DNA of 64,000 nt from the human T2T-CHM13v2.0 reference genome, Homo sapiens. The notes beneath the pieces were generated by a model that was given only the letters and a program-made list of their open reading frames with translations, was not told the DNA's origin and did no database searches. The position numbers were made by a program, and so were the translations under genes. Below, one piece after another: positions 38,946 to 53,171 of the stretch; within the stretch, counting starts at the first letter, position 1; each line of letters opens with the position of its first letter. The stretch is from the NCBI RefSeq assembly GCF_009914755.1, contig NC_060944.1, one strand, 5' to 3'.

Positions 38946-41195
38946 TCTGTTATTCAAGTTTATGGACAAGTTCCCACAGAGAAGGTTAGTAGAGTTTTTT
39001 AAAATTATTATTATTAAGCAATGGGTATTTTACTAAACAGTACTCAACTATTTTTTGCAAAGTGTTAATTTGTAGAACATTTTGAAACTCCGCATAGAAA
39101 ATGAATGCACAGGTCAAGGCTAACATAGCCTTTCAGCCATATTGTCTGGAATTGTTTTTTTTTTAAAATATATAATAAAAATTAAAGTTGAAGAAGAAAT
39201 GCCAAAAATATATTTTTGATGGAAAATAACAACTTACACTGATTAGCATTTATTTCAATGAAATATGAATCTTTAAAACATAGGATTTAAACATCTTTCA
39301 ATGGACATATACATTATTGTCTCAGATTCATAAAAATGTCTTGTAAGCTATCATTTCTCCTCTATTTACACTGTCTTTTGTGGGGGAAATAAAAAGACTA
39401 AACAGTGTTTAGATTATCTCTACACATTTTACATTTCTCCCAAAGGCTGCTGTGTAATGGTTGGCATCTGAGAGAATAAACAGGAAATTAGTGAGGCTGA
39501 GGTTCTCCTTCATCTTTTGCCAGGGCTGGACTCCTTGCTTCATTTATTTTCATAGGACACCAGAAATCTGAGAACAGTATTTAAGCTGACTACGTTTCTT
39601 TTATAGCTGGCCTTTTATAGATGGTCTACATGTGGCAATCTACAGATTGCCAGATCTTTCTCCTTTTCTCCAACTTAGTGTGTTGGCATTTGAAGTACCA
39701 AATGTCCTCTTCACCAATGAATAGTTTAGAGGAAGATGAACAGTGTAGCCCTTTAGGCATCGTAAAATACTGTATTTTTTTTCATAATCATGAAGGTAAT
39801 ATGTTTGTTATAGAAAATTTGGAAAATTAATATAATCCAAAATCCTACAACCCACAAATCACCACTTTTGATATTGTACTGTTGTTCTTTTTGGTCTTTC
39901 ATCAATTTTTTTGACTACTTGTATTCATTAAGCAGGTATTCAATTTATTATTCAAACTGTTTCCAAGGTGAGCTGCTAAGAATGTTAATAGGTGTTCTGG
40001 GTCACTGGGGACATTGGGAAACTTTCCATGTCATATACGTTTGGGAAAATGCCAGATTGAACGATGTTAGACTTAGATTTGTCACAGACACCCCCCTCAG
40101 GGATGAGCTTCCTGAAAGGGCTCTATGACTCTTCTCTACTTGGGAAGGTACATTGGGCAAAGCCTGGAAGTTATTGGACAGAGAACTGGCTTTGGCCCTG
40201 CACCCACTAATGTTGTAATGTGGTGTTCTTCAGATGGCAGTGTGGATCTTATTTGGTTTTTGTTTGTTTTACGAAATTGAGATCTCATGCTTTTGTAACC
40301 TCCTTTTCCTACTTTATATATTATGAATGTTTTCTACTTTAAATCTGTTTTTCAAAGAGTTGCTTTCTCTCATTGTTATTTTTGAAAATATTCCATTTAT
40401 GAAAGTTCCATTTATGAAGCTGGGGCCTAGCCCAGGTGACAGATCATTTCAGTCTGTGGGGATACTCTTGAAAGGTTCTGTCTGGGTTATAAAATGTTTA
40501 TACTCATTTGAAATGTTTCCATCTTCCACCCACCCATTCTGACAAACCTTTAATTTTGGACAACTGCTGTTGAGGCTGTGGATTCACAGTTCCCAAAGCC
40601 ACTGCTAATTTGTTTGCTTTGGAAAGACCTGACAAAAATAGACTTCTTTTAACACAAATGGATAATTTTCTCCCATTGATGGGCAGTTCATTTAAGAATA
40701 TTTTATTTATTGTATTATAAAAATAGCCTCTTTGAGACGAATGGCCTGCTCCAAGTAACTCTCATAAAACATAGGGATTTTCTTCCATACAGAAATAATT
40801 ACTTTGATTTAAAATGGGATATTGCCTTCTCAAAGTATTTTTTCCACTATGAAGTATATAGAAGTATGTATTTAATGTGTCTTAAAGTCCGCTAGTGGAA
40901 GTATTACTATCACCTTTTTTCAAGGCTCATTACCTAAAATTTTTCTAAAATTAAAAGCAAAGACAAATATGCCTTACATTTAGACCAAATTAAAAAAATG
41001 GATCTTTATTTTGGATAGTCCCTTTACCTGTGCTTTACTTTCATTATCACAAAAATATCCTTAACTCTTAGCATTTCATAACAACTGTGACCAATTTTTA
41101 TTATGTAGTTGGAAGTGTTAAGAATCTGAAGAGAAGGCCTTTTACAGTGATTATCTTTGTGAACAGTGTTTAGATACGTTTTGGAGACCTGTTGA

Positions 41196-41508
<313 letters not shown>

Positions 41509-42876
41509 CAAATACCCTACTCTTTATTGATTGTCTCACACTGATTGATAATGGTCAGTTCCTCAGGCATACCATATGTCTTTAAAATATTATAAAAAAC
41601 TTTGTAAAGTCTTTTGTTTTATAAACAGCTTATCTGGGCTAGGCCTGGAGCATATTCATAGACTGTCCCTTTATGCAATTCCTGGGCAAGTGCATGGCTT
41701 TGAAAAAGACTGGAGCTGAAAAGCATAATGTGTACTTTTGGCCTGGGGATTCTTTATAGAGAGTATGCAGATTTCCCCAAGGAAAACTGATTTTGCATGC
41801 AAAAGCTGTCTCTATAATTATAACAATTTCCTCTTGCCCTTTTTTTTAAAAAAAAATTCAGCTTCTCAAATTGGTACGTATAAAATTTTACCCTTTCCAC
41901 AAAAGCAGGCCTTGCTGAAGGAACTGACTGCTGAAAAATCTCATGCCAAGTCCCTAAAGCAGCTAAAGGGAGACATTATAAGTTTTGAAATGCAGCAGTC
42001 TAGGAGGTGAAGGAATGGCGGTCCTGTGAGCCTTGACATCAATTTATGTGAGTGTGTGTGCAAGGTGCCATCCCACAGCTTATACTTAGAAGAAAAATGG
42101 ACTCTTTAAAGTAAAGCTTGTTAATTGAGTTTTTCTTTTTCTGAGGGTTGTGCTTACATGGTTTAAATTGTAATAAAAATTAAAATGCTTGAAATGTTTT
42201 AGAGTCGGAGCCCTTTGCTGCTTTAGCTCATGGGCACCTCCAAGAATGCTTCCTCAGATAGCAGCACAAAACACTGGCAGTTCTCCAAGAGAACATTCTT
42301 TGAGAACCTCACTGTGATTGGGAAAGGGAACTTCACATTCTGATTGTGCAGAAGTGCCCGCGGGATGTGTAGTCTACATTCTAAGGTTGCTTGTTGTCTT
42401 CCATGGAAAGTGTTATTTTATTATATCTTTCAGATATGTTATAGGTGGGAAAATCCGAATAACTGCTTTTATCTTGGTCAGGAAATACAGGGAATTGGTG
42501 TACTGGGGAAGATCACATATTACGAGACACACTTTAATTACCTTTGTGGAGTATTACTTTTCTAATAACCAAACTTGTTAAAATGCTAAATTTTATTTGT
42601 GTTTTAATAACCCAGATTGCTAAATTGCTAAATAATCTAATATACTAAATTGCTAAAATAATGCCAAACATAATTAAACTTTCATTTGGTTCTGAACAAT
42701 TTTCAGTGTCCCCAAGTCATTATCAATATTGCATTAATGTAGAAATCTAGTCATTTGGCGTCCCTATTAATAGAATGCCAAACAAATTGAGTCAGACATA
42801 TATACCTAGTGTTGTGTTGCATGCAGCAGGGTAGAAAGGGAGTGCCTAATCAAGCTCACAATGTGATTTTTGCTCA

Positions 42877-43212
<336 letters not shown>

Positions 43213-44388
43213 CTAACGAGATAATTTGGGATTGACATAGGACTGTGCTTAATAAGGTGTTCAGAGGGGTGGTGCTGATGCTAGGAACGGAGAAGACAAA
43301 GTAAGATGATGGCAATGTTGAGTTAAGCTGGGCAGTGACCTGATTTGTTTATCATTTGGAGGAGAAGTCAGAAAAAAAAAGAAACAGCCTAGGTAGAGGA
43401 TTAGAGATGAGTATGAATATTGAGTGTGTCAGGGAGGGTAATGATAGTCTGAGCTCACTGCATTAAGATGAAGTGTTAAACACTAATAATGTTGAAGCTT
43501 ATTCCAAACCCCTAGCTTTTCCCCTTTTTCCTTCTAATTACTACTCAGCAAGGTAATGAGTGATGGCTCAAATGTGGGATTAATCAGGGGAGGAAGACTA
43601 TCAAGTTCTGTTCTGTTTGTGCATCCAGGGGAGAAGCTGCTTAGAGCAGTAGCCAGTTGTTGTCAGCACTCTTCCCCCAACCCCAAATTAAAGGCAGCTT
43701 TCTGGAATCATATTATGGCACCTGGGGAGGATTAACATGGCTTCCTAAGATGCCTGAGTAACGACATTTCTTCCTGTCAAAGCACACTGCTGTAAAAGAA
43801 CACACTTCCTGATGATGGCCTTGACCGACCTCACGTTTAAGGGCCTGTGCACAGTTCTGTTACCTGGAGTAGGTGATCTGTGACACCGGCCTTTGGTTGC
43901 TGTGTTTGGCCATGAATCCACCCTGATGACTATGAACTTCACAGAGTAATTGGCCAGGATATCCCTTCCCTTACTGTCATACTTGCTGAGGTGTTAGTTC
44001 TGCAAATAGTATCCTTTGTGGATCTTTGTGTTTGTTTGAGTAGGTGAAGGACTTTATTTTATATTCTTTTTCTCTAGTTACTTCCTTATTTTAATAAGTA
44101 AACCTTATTCTAAGGGTTAGTTTCTATGCTGAGAACAGTGGGTCTCTAGACTACTTAAAATTTTCCATAAATCTTACGTTATTCATTTTGTAAATCCTGA
44201 ATAAATTGAAACGAGAACAGTGCTGATGGTCCTCATAGAAACTGAGGTGGAATGTGTACACATTTTAAAATTTATTTAAATGAGGTGCTTCTAGGTATAA
44301 CACATATATAACCCTCCCTATATATTATTTAATAATAAAAATACCTCTACACTATAGTGCTTTATGAATAGATTTTTAAAACTTCTTC

Positions 44389-44634
44389 TTTTTTTTTTTT
44401 AATACTTTAAGTTTTAGGGTACATGTGCACAATGTGCAGGTTTGTTACATATGTATACATGTGCCATGTTGTTGTGCTGCACCCATTAACTCGTCATTTA
44501 ACATTAGGTATATCTCCTAATGCTATCCCTCCCCCCTCCCCCCACCCCACAACAGGCCCTGGTGTGTGATGTTCCCCTTCCTGTGTCCGTGTGTTCTCAT
44601 TGTTCAATTCCCTCCTATGAGTGAGAACATGTGG
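44389..44634 (-). mobile_element. L1PA (about PA4-PA6) 3' end, 5'-truncated
   Basis: TACTTTAAGTTTTAGGGTACATGTGCAC...GAGTGAGAACATGTGG; TSD TAAAACTTCTT. Confidence 0.95.
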
Positions 44635-45462
44635 TAAAACTTCTTATAGTATAATTGAAATGTAAATTTAGTGTAATTAATATGAATTTATTCATTTAAT
44701 TTGGATTATTGATGGGCTTGATTCTTCTTAATCCTAATGAATACTTGCAGGCCACAGGTAGTTGTTTAGCATTAGCAAAGTTTATCTTAAATTATTTCAT
44801 ATAATTATATTTTAAGTATGATTTTAGGCTCTAGATTTGGCCTTTTTCAAATTTGTAATATGCTTTATCAAACATTAAACACCATTTTAAAGTAATGTAA
44901 CAGGAATTTGGGAAACAGAAAAACATACCTCTTTTATAATTTTAGTACTTTAACATAAGAGCCAATATCGTTTTTTGTACATTTTGAATCCTCCACATGG
45001 ACCACACATATTTATAGCTAGAAATGTGAATATATATATATAATTTTGTATTATTCTTCACTTATAAAATTAGCATTTCTGATATTGTATCCGTGTGTGT
45101 GTGCATGTGTGTGTGTGTGTGTATGGCTTCAAATCTTTTATGAAACAAAATTTAAAGTTATGAAAATATTAGTGCCCAGTTCAATTCCCCTCACTCCACT
45201 CCATTTCACATTCCCCAGAAGTAACTTTTCAGAATTCTATTTTTCTTTTCTGTTTATGTTTTTATACTCTTGTCTCATGTATGTGTCCCTTATATGTACG
45301 TATAAGATATATATGTGTGCACATATATATACATTGTGCATGTACATAGATACACACATGCAGAGTATTGTTGTGTATTCTAAAAATGTACATATCTGCA
45401 ACCATTTTGTCTGCCCAGTTCTATTCCATTAGTTTTGCCTCACCTATCCTTATATCAGTATC

Positions 45463-45572
45463 ACAGAGCTAAGACTAGGATGAGGCAAGCAAGGTGCGCT
45501 GGACATAGAATTGGTGCAGACATCTGCCCTTAGGCTGTAGGAGCCTCGGTTGCCTTCCCTAATCTCAGCCAT
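45463..45572. mobile_element. MER96-like hAT-Tip100 MITE
   Basis: Imperfect TIRs CAGAGCTAAGACTAGGATGAGGCAA / TTGCCTTCCCTAATCTCAGCCATG. Confidence 0.55.
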
Positions 45573-45579
45573 GACAATA

Positions 45580-46385
45580 GCTTTATAGAAACTTTTGGTA
45601 TGTGGTAGGTTGAAGTCTTGGCTATTTTTGGCCCCTTTACCCTTCAAATAAATTTTAAAAAACAGCTTGTCAAGTTCCATGAAAAAAAATCCCAGTGGAA
45701 ATTTGACTTGAATATATGAAATTTATAGATTAAATGAGGGTGGGGAATGGACATCTTTAACATATCGAGTCTACCCACCTATGTATATGCTGGCTCTAAC
45801 TATTGATTTAGGTCATTTTTAATGTCTCTCAAAAATTACTTTTTCTATAACATCCTGCATGTTTTTTATTCAACTTATTTCTGCATGCCTTAGAGTTTTT
45901 GTTGTTGTGAATGTGAATTTTTAAAACTGAATTTTCTAATTCATTGTGGTTGGTGTATACGAAAGCGTTGGTTTTTGAATGTCCCTGCTTTTTCTGCAGC
46001 CTTGCTTAACACTCCAATTTGTCCGAATTTGTCTACAGATTCATTTGGATTTCTTCTGTAGAGAATTCTATTATCTGTAGTTACTTGGTTTTCATACTTG
46101 TAACTTAATGACTATATAATACTTCATTCATCATTTACTTTGCTGTTGAACACATGGGAAGTTCCTGATAGCTTCTATTTTAAATACAATTATAGTGTAC
46201 ACCTTCATACATTTTTTCACCTTTCCAGTTATTTTATTGGGATTCAATTTTGTAATTTCTGTCAAAGGGTGTGAACATATTTTTACAGCTCAGGATATGT
46301 GTTGCCAAATTGCTTTGTAGAAAGCTTTAAATCCTTTTACACTGCCACCAGTAGCATGTGAGAGCATCAGTTCAACCACATTGAT
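45580..46385 (-). mobile_element. Old L1M fragments
   Basis: CAGCTTGTCAAGTTCCA...ATTTATAGATTAA...GACATCTTTA and TGCCAAATTGCTTT...CACCAGTAGCATGTGAG. Confidence 0.7.
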
Positions 46386-47009
46386 TTGAATGATGGAAAT
46401 CGCACCTGGAATGCTGTGAGTCTTCTGACTGATTTCCTGTGTCCATTCCTATCCGTGCTTAATCAGTCCTCCACACAGCAGCCAGAATTATCTTCAAAAA
46501 TTTAAATCAGATTGTGTGATTCCCCTGCTGAAAAATCCTCCAATGGCTTTCCTTTAGATGTAGAATTTAGCCTAAACTTCCAACCAAGATTCCTATATTC
46601 TGACCCTTTTCTTTCTTCTAACCTGCTCTGCTTTTGTTCTCCTGTGCCTCGGCTACACTGGCCTTCTTGCTGTTGCTGAAACTTGCTTACCTTATTCCTA
46701 CCCCAGGGCCTTTGCATTGGCAGCTCCCCCTGCCTAGAACATTCTCCAGCTCATTATACTACTACCTCTACCTATCGTGCATTTTTCTTGCTCAGCTGTC
46801 ACTTCCCTAGAACAGACTTCCGTGGCTTCCCTTTCTAAAATAACCCTTTTTGGTCACATTCTTTTCTCTTACTTTATTTTCTTTACATATTTTTTATTAT
46901 CTGAAATTATATAAGCTTGCTTATTATTTATTTCTTTGTTTACCATTGGCTTCTTCAAGTAGAATATAAAGTCCTCAAAAATAAAAGCTTTGTCTAAAGT
47001 GTTGACTAT

Positions 47010-47613
47010 CATTATATATCAAATTTTCTAGTGGCATCCTACAAACATTAAAAGAAAAAGGTTACATGTGCACATTGTGCAGGTTAGTTACATATGTATA
47101 CATGTGCCGTGCTGGTGCGCTGCACCCACTAACTCGTCATCTAGCATTAGGTATATCTCCCAATGCTATCCCTCCCCCCTCCCCCCACCCCACCACAGTC
47201 CCCAGAGTGTGATATTCCCCTTCCTGTGTCCATGTGTACCCTAAAACTTAAAGTATAATAATAAAAAAAAAAACAACAAAGTGCTTATAAAATATGAGAA
47301 CAGAGCTACGGTAAGTGCAATCTTCTATAAACAAAGAATTTAATAAAAGAGACGGAAATAAAAATAACTTTAAAAAGTTAAAAAAAAAGAAAAAGGACAA
47401 ATTAATATTAACTTTTAAAGCATGACATATCTAAAATATTATTTTCATGCATAATCAATATAAAAATTATCAAGACATTTTACATTCTTTTTTTAATTAA
47501 GTCTTCAAGATCTGGTGTGTAATTTACACACAGCACATCTCAGTTTGAATGAGCCACATTTCAAGTGCTCAGTAGCCACATGTGATTGGTTCCTTCCATA
47601 TGTGACAGTGGAG
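47010..47613. mobile_element. MER33 (hAT-Charlie), split by the L1PA2 insertion
   Basis: AAATTTTCTAGTGGC...AAAAGAAAAAGG | ...TAATCAATATAAAAATTAT...GCCACATTTCAAGTGCTCAGTAGCCACATGTG. Confidence 0.85.
47062..47388 (+). mobile_element. L1PA2 3' end with 5' inversion (47063-47236, antisense) plus 3' transduction (47274-47379)
   Basis: GATGACGAGTTAGTGGG and GGGGAATATCACACTCTGGGGACTGTGGTGG (L1PA2-type) on the minus strand; TACCCTAAAACTTAAAGTATAAT-polyA on the plus strand; TSD AAAAGAAAAAGG at 47050-47061 and 47385-47396. Confidence 0.93.
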
Positions 47614-49302
47614 GGCTAGAACAGAACAATGCCTGAGACACAGGGAAAAATCATTAGAGACTCGCTGAATGGGTGAACAAGTGAATGAATGAATGAATTT
47701 TATTTAGCATGTGTAAGTAATGAAAATCCAAGTCAAATTAGGAGTAAAATCAAGATCCCATAAAAAGTGATTTATTGTTAGAGAAAAGTGAGGCATTAGC
47801 ACATATCCTTTACTGGAACACTATTGTGGTATCTGAATGGGCTCAGTTAACTGTCACCTTTATTAAGGCTCTCATGTGCTCTGAGCATCTTGCTAGGATG
47901 AGAAAAATAAGATGAAATTCTTAAGATATCGGAAGTCTGGTGAGTTGATAAGAACTTGATGCCTAACTGTGTTGTACATTGTACGTGTTACTGAAACAGC
48001 TGTGGGCATCATGAATTAATTTTTCCCAGGCTTTTATTCATATTCAAAAGCTTAGACTAATAGTCACATTTTATTAAGTACATTTTATGGGCCCTTAGCA
48101 TTTTGCTAAATGCTAAGGGAGCAAGTATTTGCCCTCACACTATTTTAATGTGTATTTCTCTAGGTTACATTCTTAACTTACCTGCACTATCCTCCAAGCA
48201 TAATTCTTCAAATTTTCAGCTGTATTGAGATTCTAAATGGACTTCCAATGTGGACTTTTCTTCGTTTTCAGCTTATAATTGGCAAGTTCCCATAGGAAAA
48301 AATCATTATTGGTGCTATAAAAGTACTTCTTATCTGTCACATTTGGGAAATGAAAGTTTTGTAAAGGTCAAAAGAAAGTGTGCCCCCAATTATGATGAAG
48401 ACTTGTACATCATCACAAATAGTTTAATAGCTTGGAACTTATCTTAGTCTCTCTTACAGTGTATAAAGAGAAAGGAGAAAAAAAAAAAAAAACAAAGTAG
48501 TCACTCCATAGCAATTTTACCATACAGTTTTAGGAGAGATGAAAAGGATCCCATCGAAATCATTTGATCAACATCTATCTATATCTTCTTTGTGGTTTGG
48601 AACTGTTTAAGTTATATAAGCCTACAAGTTTATTAGTTCACCTTTATTAATTTGTCAAGGTTAATGACTGCATAATGAGTTGAAGATAATTAAAGATTTG
48701 TTGGCAACCATCTGCTAGTGTTTACGCAGTACGGTAAGTTTTATAACTCATCGTGTAATGTTTCCTAAGAAGATTCTTTGCCACCTTACTAATTTTAAAA
48801 ACACAAACCACGCTGTTGCCTTAGGCAGTGTAAGAATTCTTTTCCTTAATCTTTTAGCATATGACAGCCTATTAGGAAGATCAGATGATACACCTCTAAG
48901 AAGCCGGGAGTGTGTTTGCAGACACTGTTGAGAGTGGAGTGATACCAGCCGGTCGGACACATGACCTGGCAGTTCCCCTTTCTTTCAGCAATCTGCTTTG
49001 GCAGCCAGTCTGCCTCGGGCATCTGTGCTAATTATTCTGCCCCAGCAGCAGAGCTGTGGGCACTGCTCTAAGAAGGATCCCTCCTTGCTCTCCTTATGTG
49101 AAGGCCCATCTGCGTTACGGAAGTGAACAAACTGACTGAGTGCAGTCTTCTCCTGAGTGCCTACTGTGTGCAGCCTCATTATTAATAGATAATGAAGATA
49201 GCCATGTCAGATTAAAAGGAGGGATTGGGAACAGTTCAAGGCCCTCTCTGAATGTCTTATTCAAATTCCCATTTCATCTGTTCTCCCTTGACACGCTCCT
49301 TT

Positions 49303-49387
49303 TCTCAAACTCCTGAACTCAAGTGATCCACCCACCTTGGCCTCCCAAAAGTGCTGGGATTACAGGAGTGAGCCACCGTACCCAGCC
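49303..49387 (-). mobile_element. 3'-truncated, tailless Alu (first ~85 nt)
   Basis: Alu 5' end only; TSD GACACGCTCCTTTTCT / GACCTGCTCCTTTTCT. Confidence 0.92.
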
Positions 49388-49403
49388 GACCTGCTCCTTT
49401 TCT

Positions 49404-50180
49404 AAACCTCTCTCTTCTTCCTCTCTCTTAGCAACATCTTGCCATCTCCCCTTCTCTCTCTTTATAGTGAGTATTTACTAGTTGCTCTGTATTCTAGTTC
49501 CAAAATCTCTCCCATGTTCATCCTCTTGGATCCATTGTCTGGGTCAATACTACTTCTCATCTGCAGAGTGTCATTTGCTTCCTAATGGGTTTCCCCATAT
49601 GTTCCTGCACTCCCTTGACCCAAGCTCACCTCCACTCACCTTCTGGAAGCACCATTCTGATCCCAAGGTGCCCTGCTGCAGTCTTCCATGGGTTTCCACG
49701 GCCATGTCAAAATTCCTTAACTAGACCGTCAGGAGCCTCCTCCTCCATGCTATGAGGTCTCCACCTCACTCCCAGCCTTATCTGCCTTCCCTGAACTGAA
49801 TGGTCCCTAAACAAAATGAGCTGCTCTCTTTTGGTGTTTCCACCTGCTCTTGAGGTCCCCACCTGAGCTGTCCTTTGCCCCACATGTGTTGTTGTGCCAT
49901 CACAGCTCTCAGCCCCAGTGCCATCTCCCTGAAGCCCTCCTCACACTGGAACCTCACCACACCCCTCACCGGGATGATCTACCCGTCTTGACCATCTCCT
50001 GGCTCTTTAGATCTCTCTGGAAGGTCTCAAAGCTTTTCCCTTTGTTGGATTTTATCCACACACCATTGGAGGCCCTACCTGTCAATTTCCAGAAGGCAGT
50101 GCGCCATTGACCCACTTTTGTGGCCACCACAGTACCCAGAGAGCACTTGGAATTCACCTAACACCTGGATGAATGTTTCT
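49404..50180 (+). mobile_element. Degenerate L2 fragment
   Basis: Pyrimidine-rich body with L2-like motifs (CAAAATTCCTTAAC, CAGAAGGCAG...CACAGTACC...GGATGAATG). Confidence 0.5.
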
Positions 50181-52796
50181 TGAATTTCTTAGTCCCTGAT
50201 ATGGAATATTCCTTGCTCTCTATTTTTTTTAACTAGTTTTTTTGTTTAGTAACCATCACCCACAATGACCAGAATTTTCTCTCCTCGCTTCTGGCTTCTC
50301 CACAGGGCTCTGAACGCCGCTTACGTGTCGTCCCACCTGTTCTCTATTTTTGCCCTAATTTCTCACCATTTTCTGTTTCTTCTGAGTTGTCCATTCTCCA
50401 CCCTTTAATTTCAATTAGTCAGTCGTAAATATTTGTCCCTATGGCAGGACCAGCTTTTGTCTGGTCTAAATGTAGGAAGTGGCTTGTTTATAATTTCCTA
50501 GCACAAGTAGGCCAGTTACTGAACACACCGATATAAAATGTACTACTAGAATATTCAGAAATCCTTTAGGGAGAATTGCTGGTTTTCCTGTGAAAGGGAA
50601 AGACAAGTCTTCAGTGGAAACAGCACTTTAATATCAAGTTTTGAATGAACTGTATTCATTTCATTCAAAACTCAGCTCTGACAAATATGGGTAAAGGACA
50701 TCAGTTTCAGAAATGCAATGCAATGCTTGCAATTATGGAAATTATTTCATGTTTTCCAATTGCTTATATTAGGTTGATTATATTTAATGTTTATTCCTGA
50801 CACCAAATTTATGTATTTTAGTTATAAAATTTGTGAATTATAGCTGCAAAATATTATAGTTTTCAAGTCGAATTATTACCAGCGGCATTCCTGTCAACTT
50901 TGCTTTCCTCAGGACTTTCAAATAGAAATGTTATTAAATATTTCCTTTTTGTCAGTGTTTGCACTTGAAGGTAAATTTAAACATGAGTGTGTTGTTTGGT
51001 TTCTCTCATTGTGGATGGACTAGCTAGTTTAATATTTAATGGCAAGTTTTGATGTATACTGATAAGAAGAGAGACAAAGAAACATTATTGTATTTAAATA
51101 TTATCTTTCTGATTGTAAAAGTGGTGCTTGTCGTAGATAACTCTGTAAATTCAGGAAAACATAAAAATAAAGATCACTGTTGTTTTGCCACACACAAAAA
51201 TTACTATAACTATAACTCGATGTTATATACATTACCTATTATATACTGTATTTTAAAATAAAATTGGGATTATATTGGACATACAATCCTGTTTTTTTTT
51301 CTGTTAACATTATATTGTGATTACGTCCTACGTGATTTTGTTTTAAACATGGTTTTTAATGGTTGCATACCTTTAAAACAGGAAGAATTATAAGTTATCC
51401 CAGGAATCTTCTGTTACTGGATACTTAGGTGTTTTGTTTCATTGCTTTAAAATCATTTCTACTCCTCTTCACAATGTGGATACTTGGGAATTGTCACATC
51501 ATAGTCAATTTCACAAGACAATATAGATTAACTAGCCATGCACTCTTAATGTACATATGCAGTATTTCAGACATTAGAAGTAGGGAGATCAGTTTTGCTT
51601 GATGCAGGCAGTTAAAAATCACGCGCATGTAAAGAAAGGACCAATTTTACTTGCCTCAGTGTTGGCCCAAGTTTGGAGACTAAAGCATTTACAGACCATT
51701 AGCTCTATACTTCACTCTTGAGACCACTTGTTGTAATGAGCTGTCAATTATTGTGCATCTAAGTGTAGTTAAAGGGACCATTGGGCTTGCAGTTTAAAAG
51801 CCAACATTTATAAATGTGTAGGAATTGAATTATAAATGCAGTGGTTCAGTAAGGATGTACTGCATCATGGACCTGTCTGGATACAGTATCTGTTCTCTGA
51901 AAGATTTTAGTGTTCATTAAAAACATAAGAAACAGTAAAAATGTACTCTTGAGCATATAGCTATACAATTTTTATGTTTTTACAATATAGTTTGGGAAAA
52001 ATATTTTTTTAAATCAAGAGATTTTAAAAAGTAAAAAACATTTCTTTACTAAGGTATTTATTAAATATGCAATGAATTAATTTCAGCTGACATGTTGGAG
52101 TGAGGAGAAGGATGGAAATTGGAGATTTCCATTTGATTCAGTGAAGCTACAGTCTATTAAAAAAAGTATATTCTTCACTACCTGTTTATCATTAGTTTTT
52201 GAATAGTATTTGCCTTTGAAAATCTGTGTACTTTGAAAATATTTTATTGCAGCTTGTAAATATGGCCTGAGTAACATTTCACATTTTTTCATGGTTAAAG
52301 ATGCCTTTTGCTTTGAATGTGCCAATTCTAAATATCACTCTTTTAAGAAACTCCTGGAAATCTCCTCTTTTTTTTTTTTTTATATATATTTCAGCTATTT
52401 AATTTTATCATGTTCTTAAAGTCAATATTTTGTATGTGAAGAGTGCCCCTTAAAGTTTATTTCTTCTTTTTATTTTTTAACATGAAGTAATACCTGCTTG
52501 CTGGGATAAACAATATAGATGAGTAAAAAATATTTTGTTCAATTCCACCTTCTCTCTTCATTTTCTCATCTTCCCTAGAGGCAATTACCATGAACAATTT
52601 GGTGATTATTTCTTCAGATCTTTCACCCAAACTTTTACAAAGATAACATAGGTAGATAAGTAGGTAGATAGGTAGTTGTTGATCACAGATGTAAAATAGG
52701 TTTTCTTATATAAATGACTTCATTTCTTTCAAATGGTATACAAAACCTGTATAACACAGTTATTTACAGATCTATGTTGTATGTAGCTGTCACAAG

Positions 52797-53128
52797 CAGG
52801 AGTTGGCAGACTTTTTCTGTAAAAGGCCAGAAAGTATTTTGGGCTTTGTGGAGTATACCGTTTGTTGTGATTATTCAGTGTTGTAGCACAAAAGCAGCCA
52901 CAGGCAATACCTAAGTGAGTGGGTGTGTGGGACTGGGTTCCAACACATCTGTATTTATGTATGCTGAATTTTGAATTTCATATAATTATGATGGGAGTTG
53001 AAATATTATTCTTCTTTTAATTTTTTTCAGCTATTTAAATATGTAAAAACCAATCTTAGCTCTTGGGCTTTTGCAAAAGCAGGTGACTGGCCTGATGTGG
53101 CCCATAGGCTATAGTTTGCCAACCTCTG
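52797..53128. mobile_element. MER58B (hAT-Charlie)
   Basis: CAGGAGTTGGCAGACTTTTTCTGTAAAAGGCCAG...TAGTTTGCCAACCTCTG. Confidence 0.9.
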
Positions 53129-53171
53129 GTCTAGAATATTAAAATAAAAATCATTTACAAAATTAAATCTC

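Larger units (their letters stand above)
46400..47698 (+). mobile_element. L2a host element, interrupted by MER33 and L1PA2
   Basis: CTCCACACAGCAGCCAGA, CAGGGCCTTTGCATTGGC and a terminal (TGAA)n at ~47682-47698. Confidence 0.85.
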
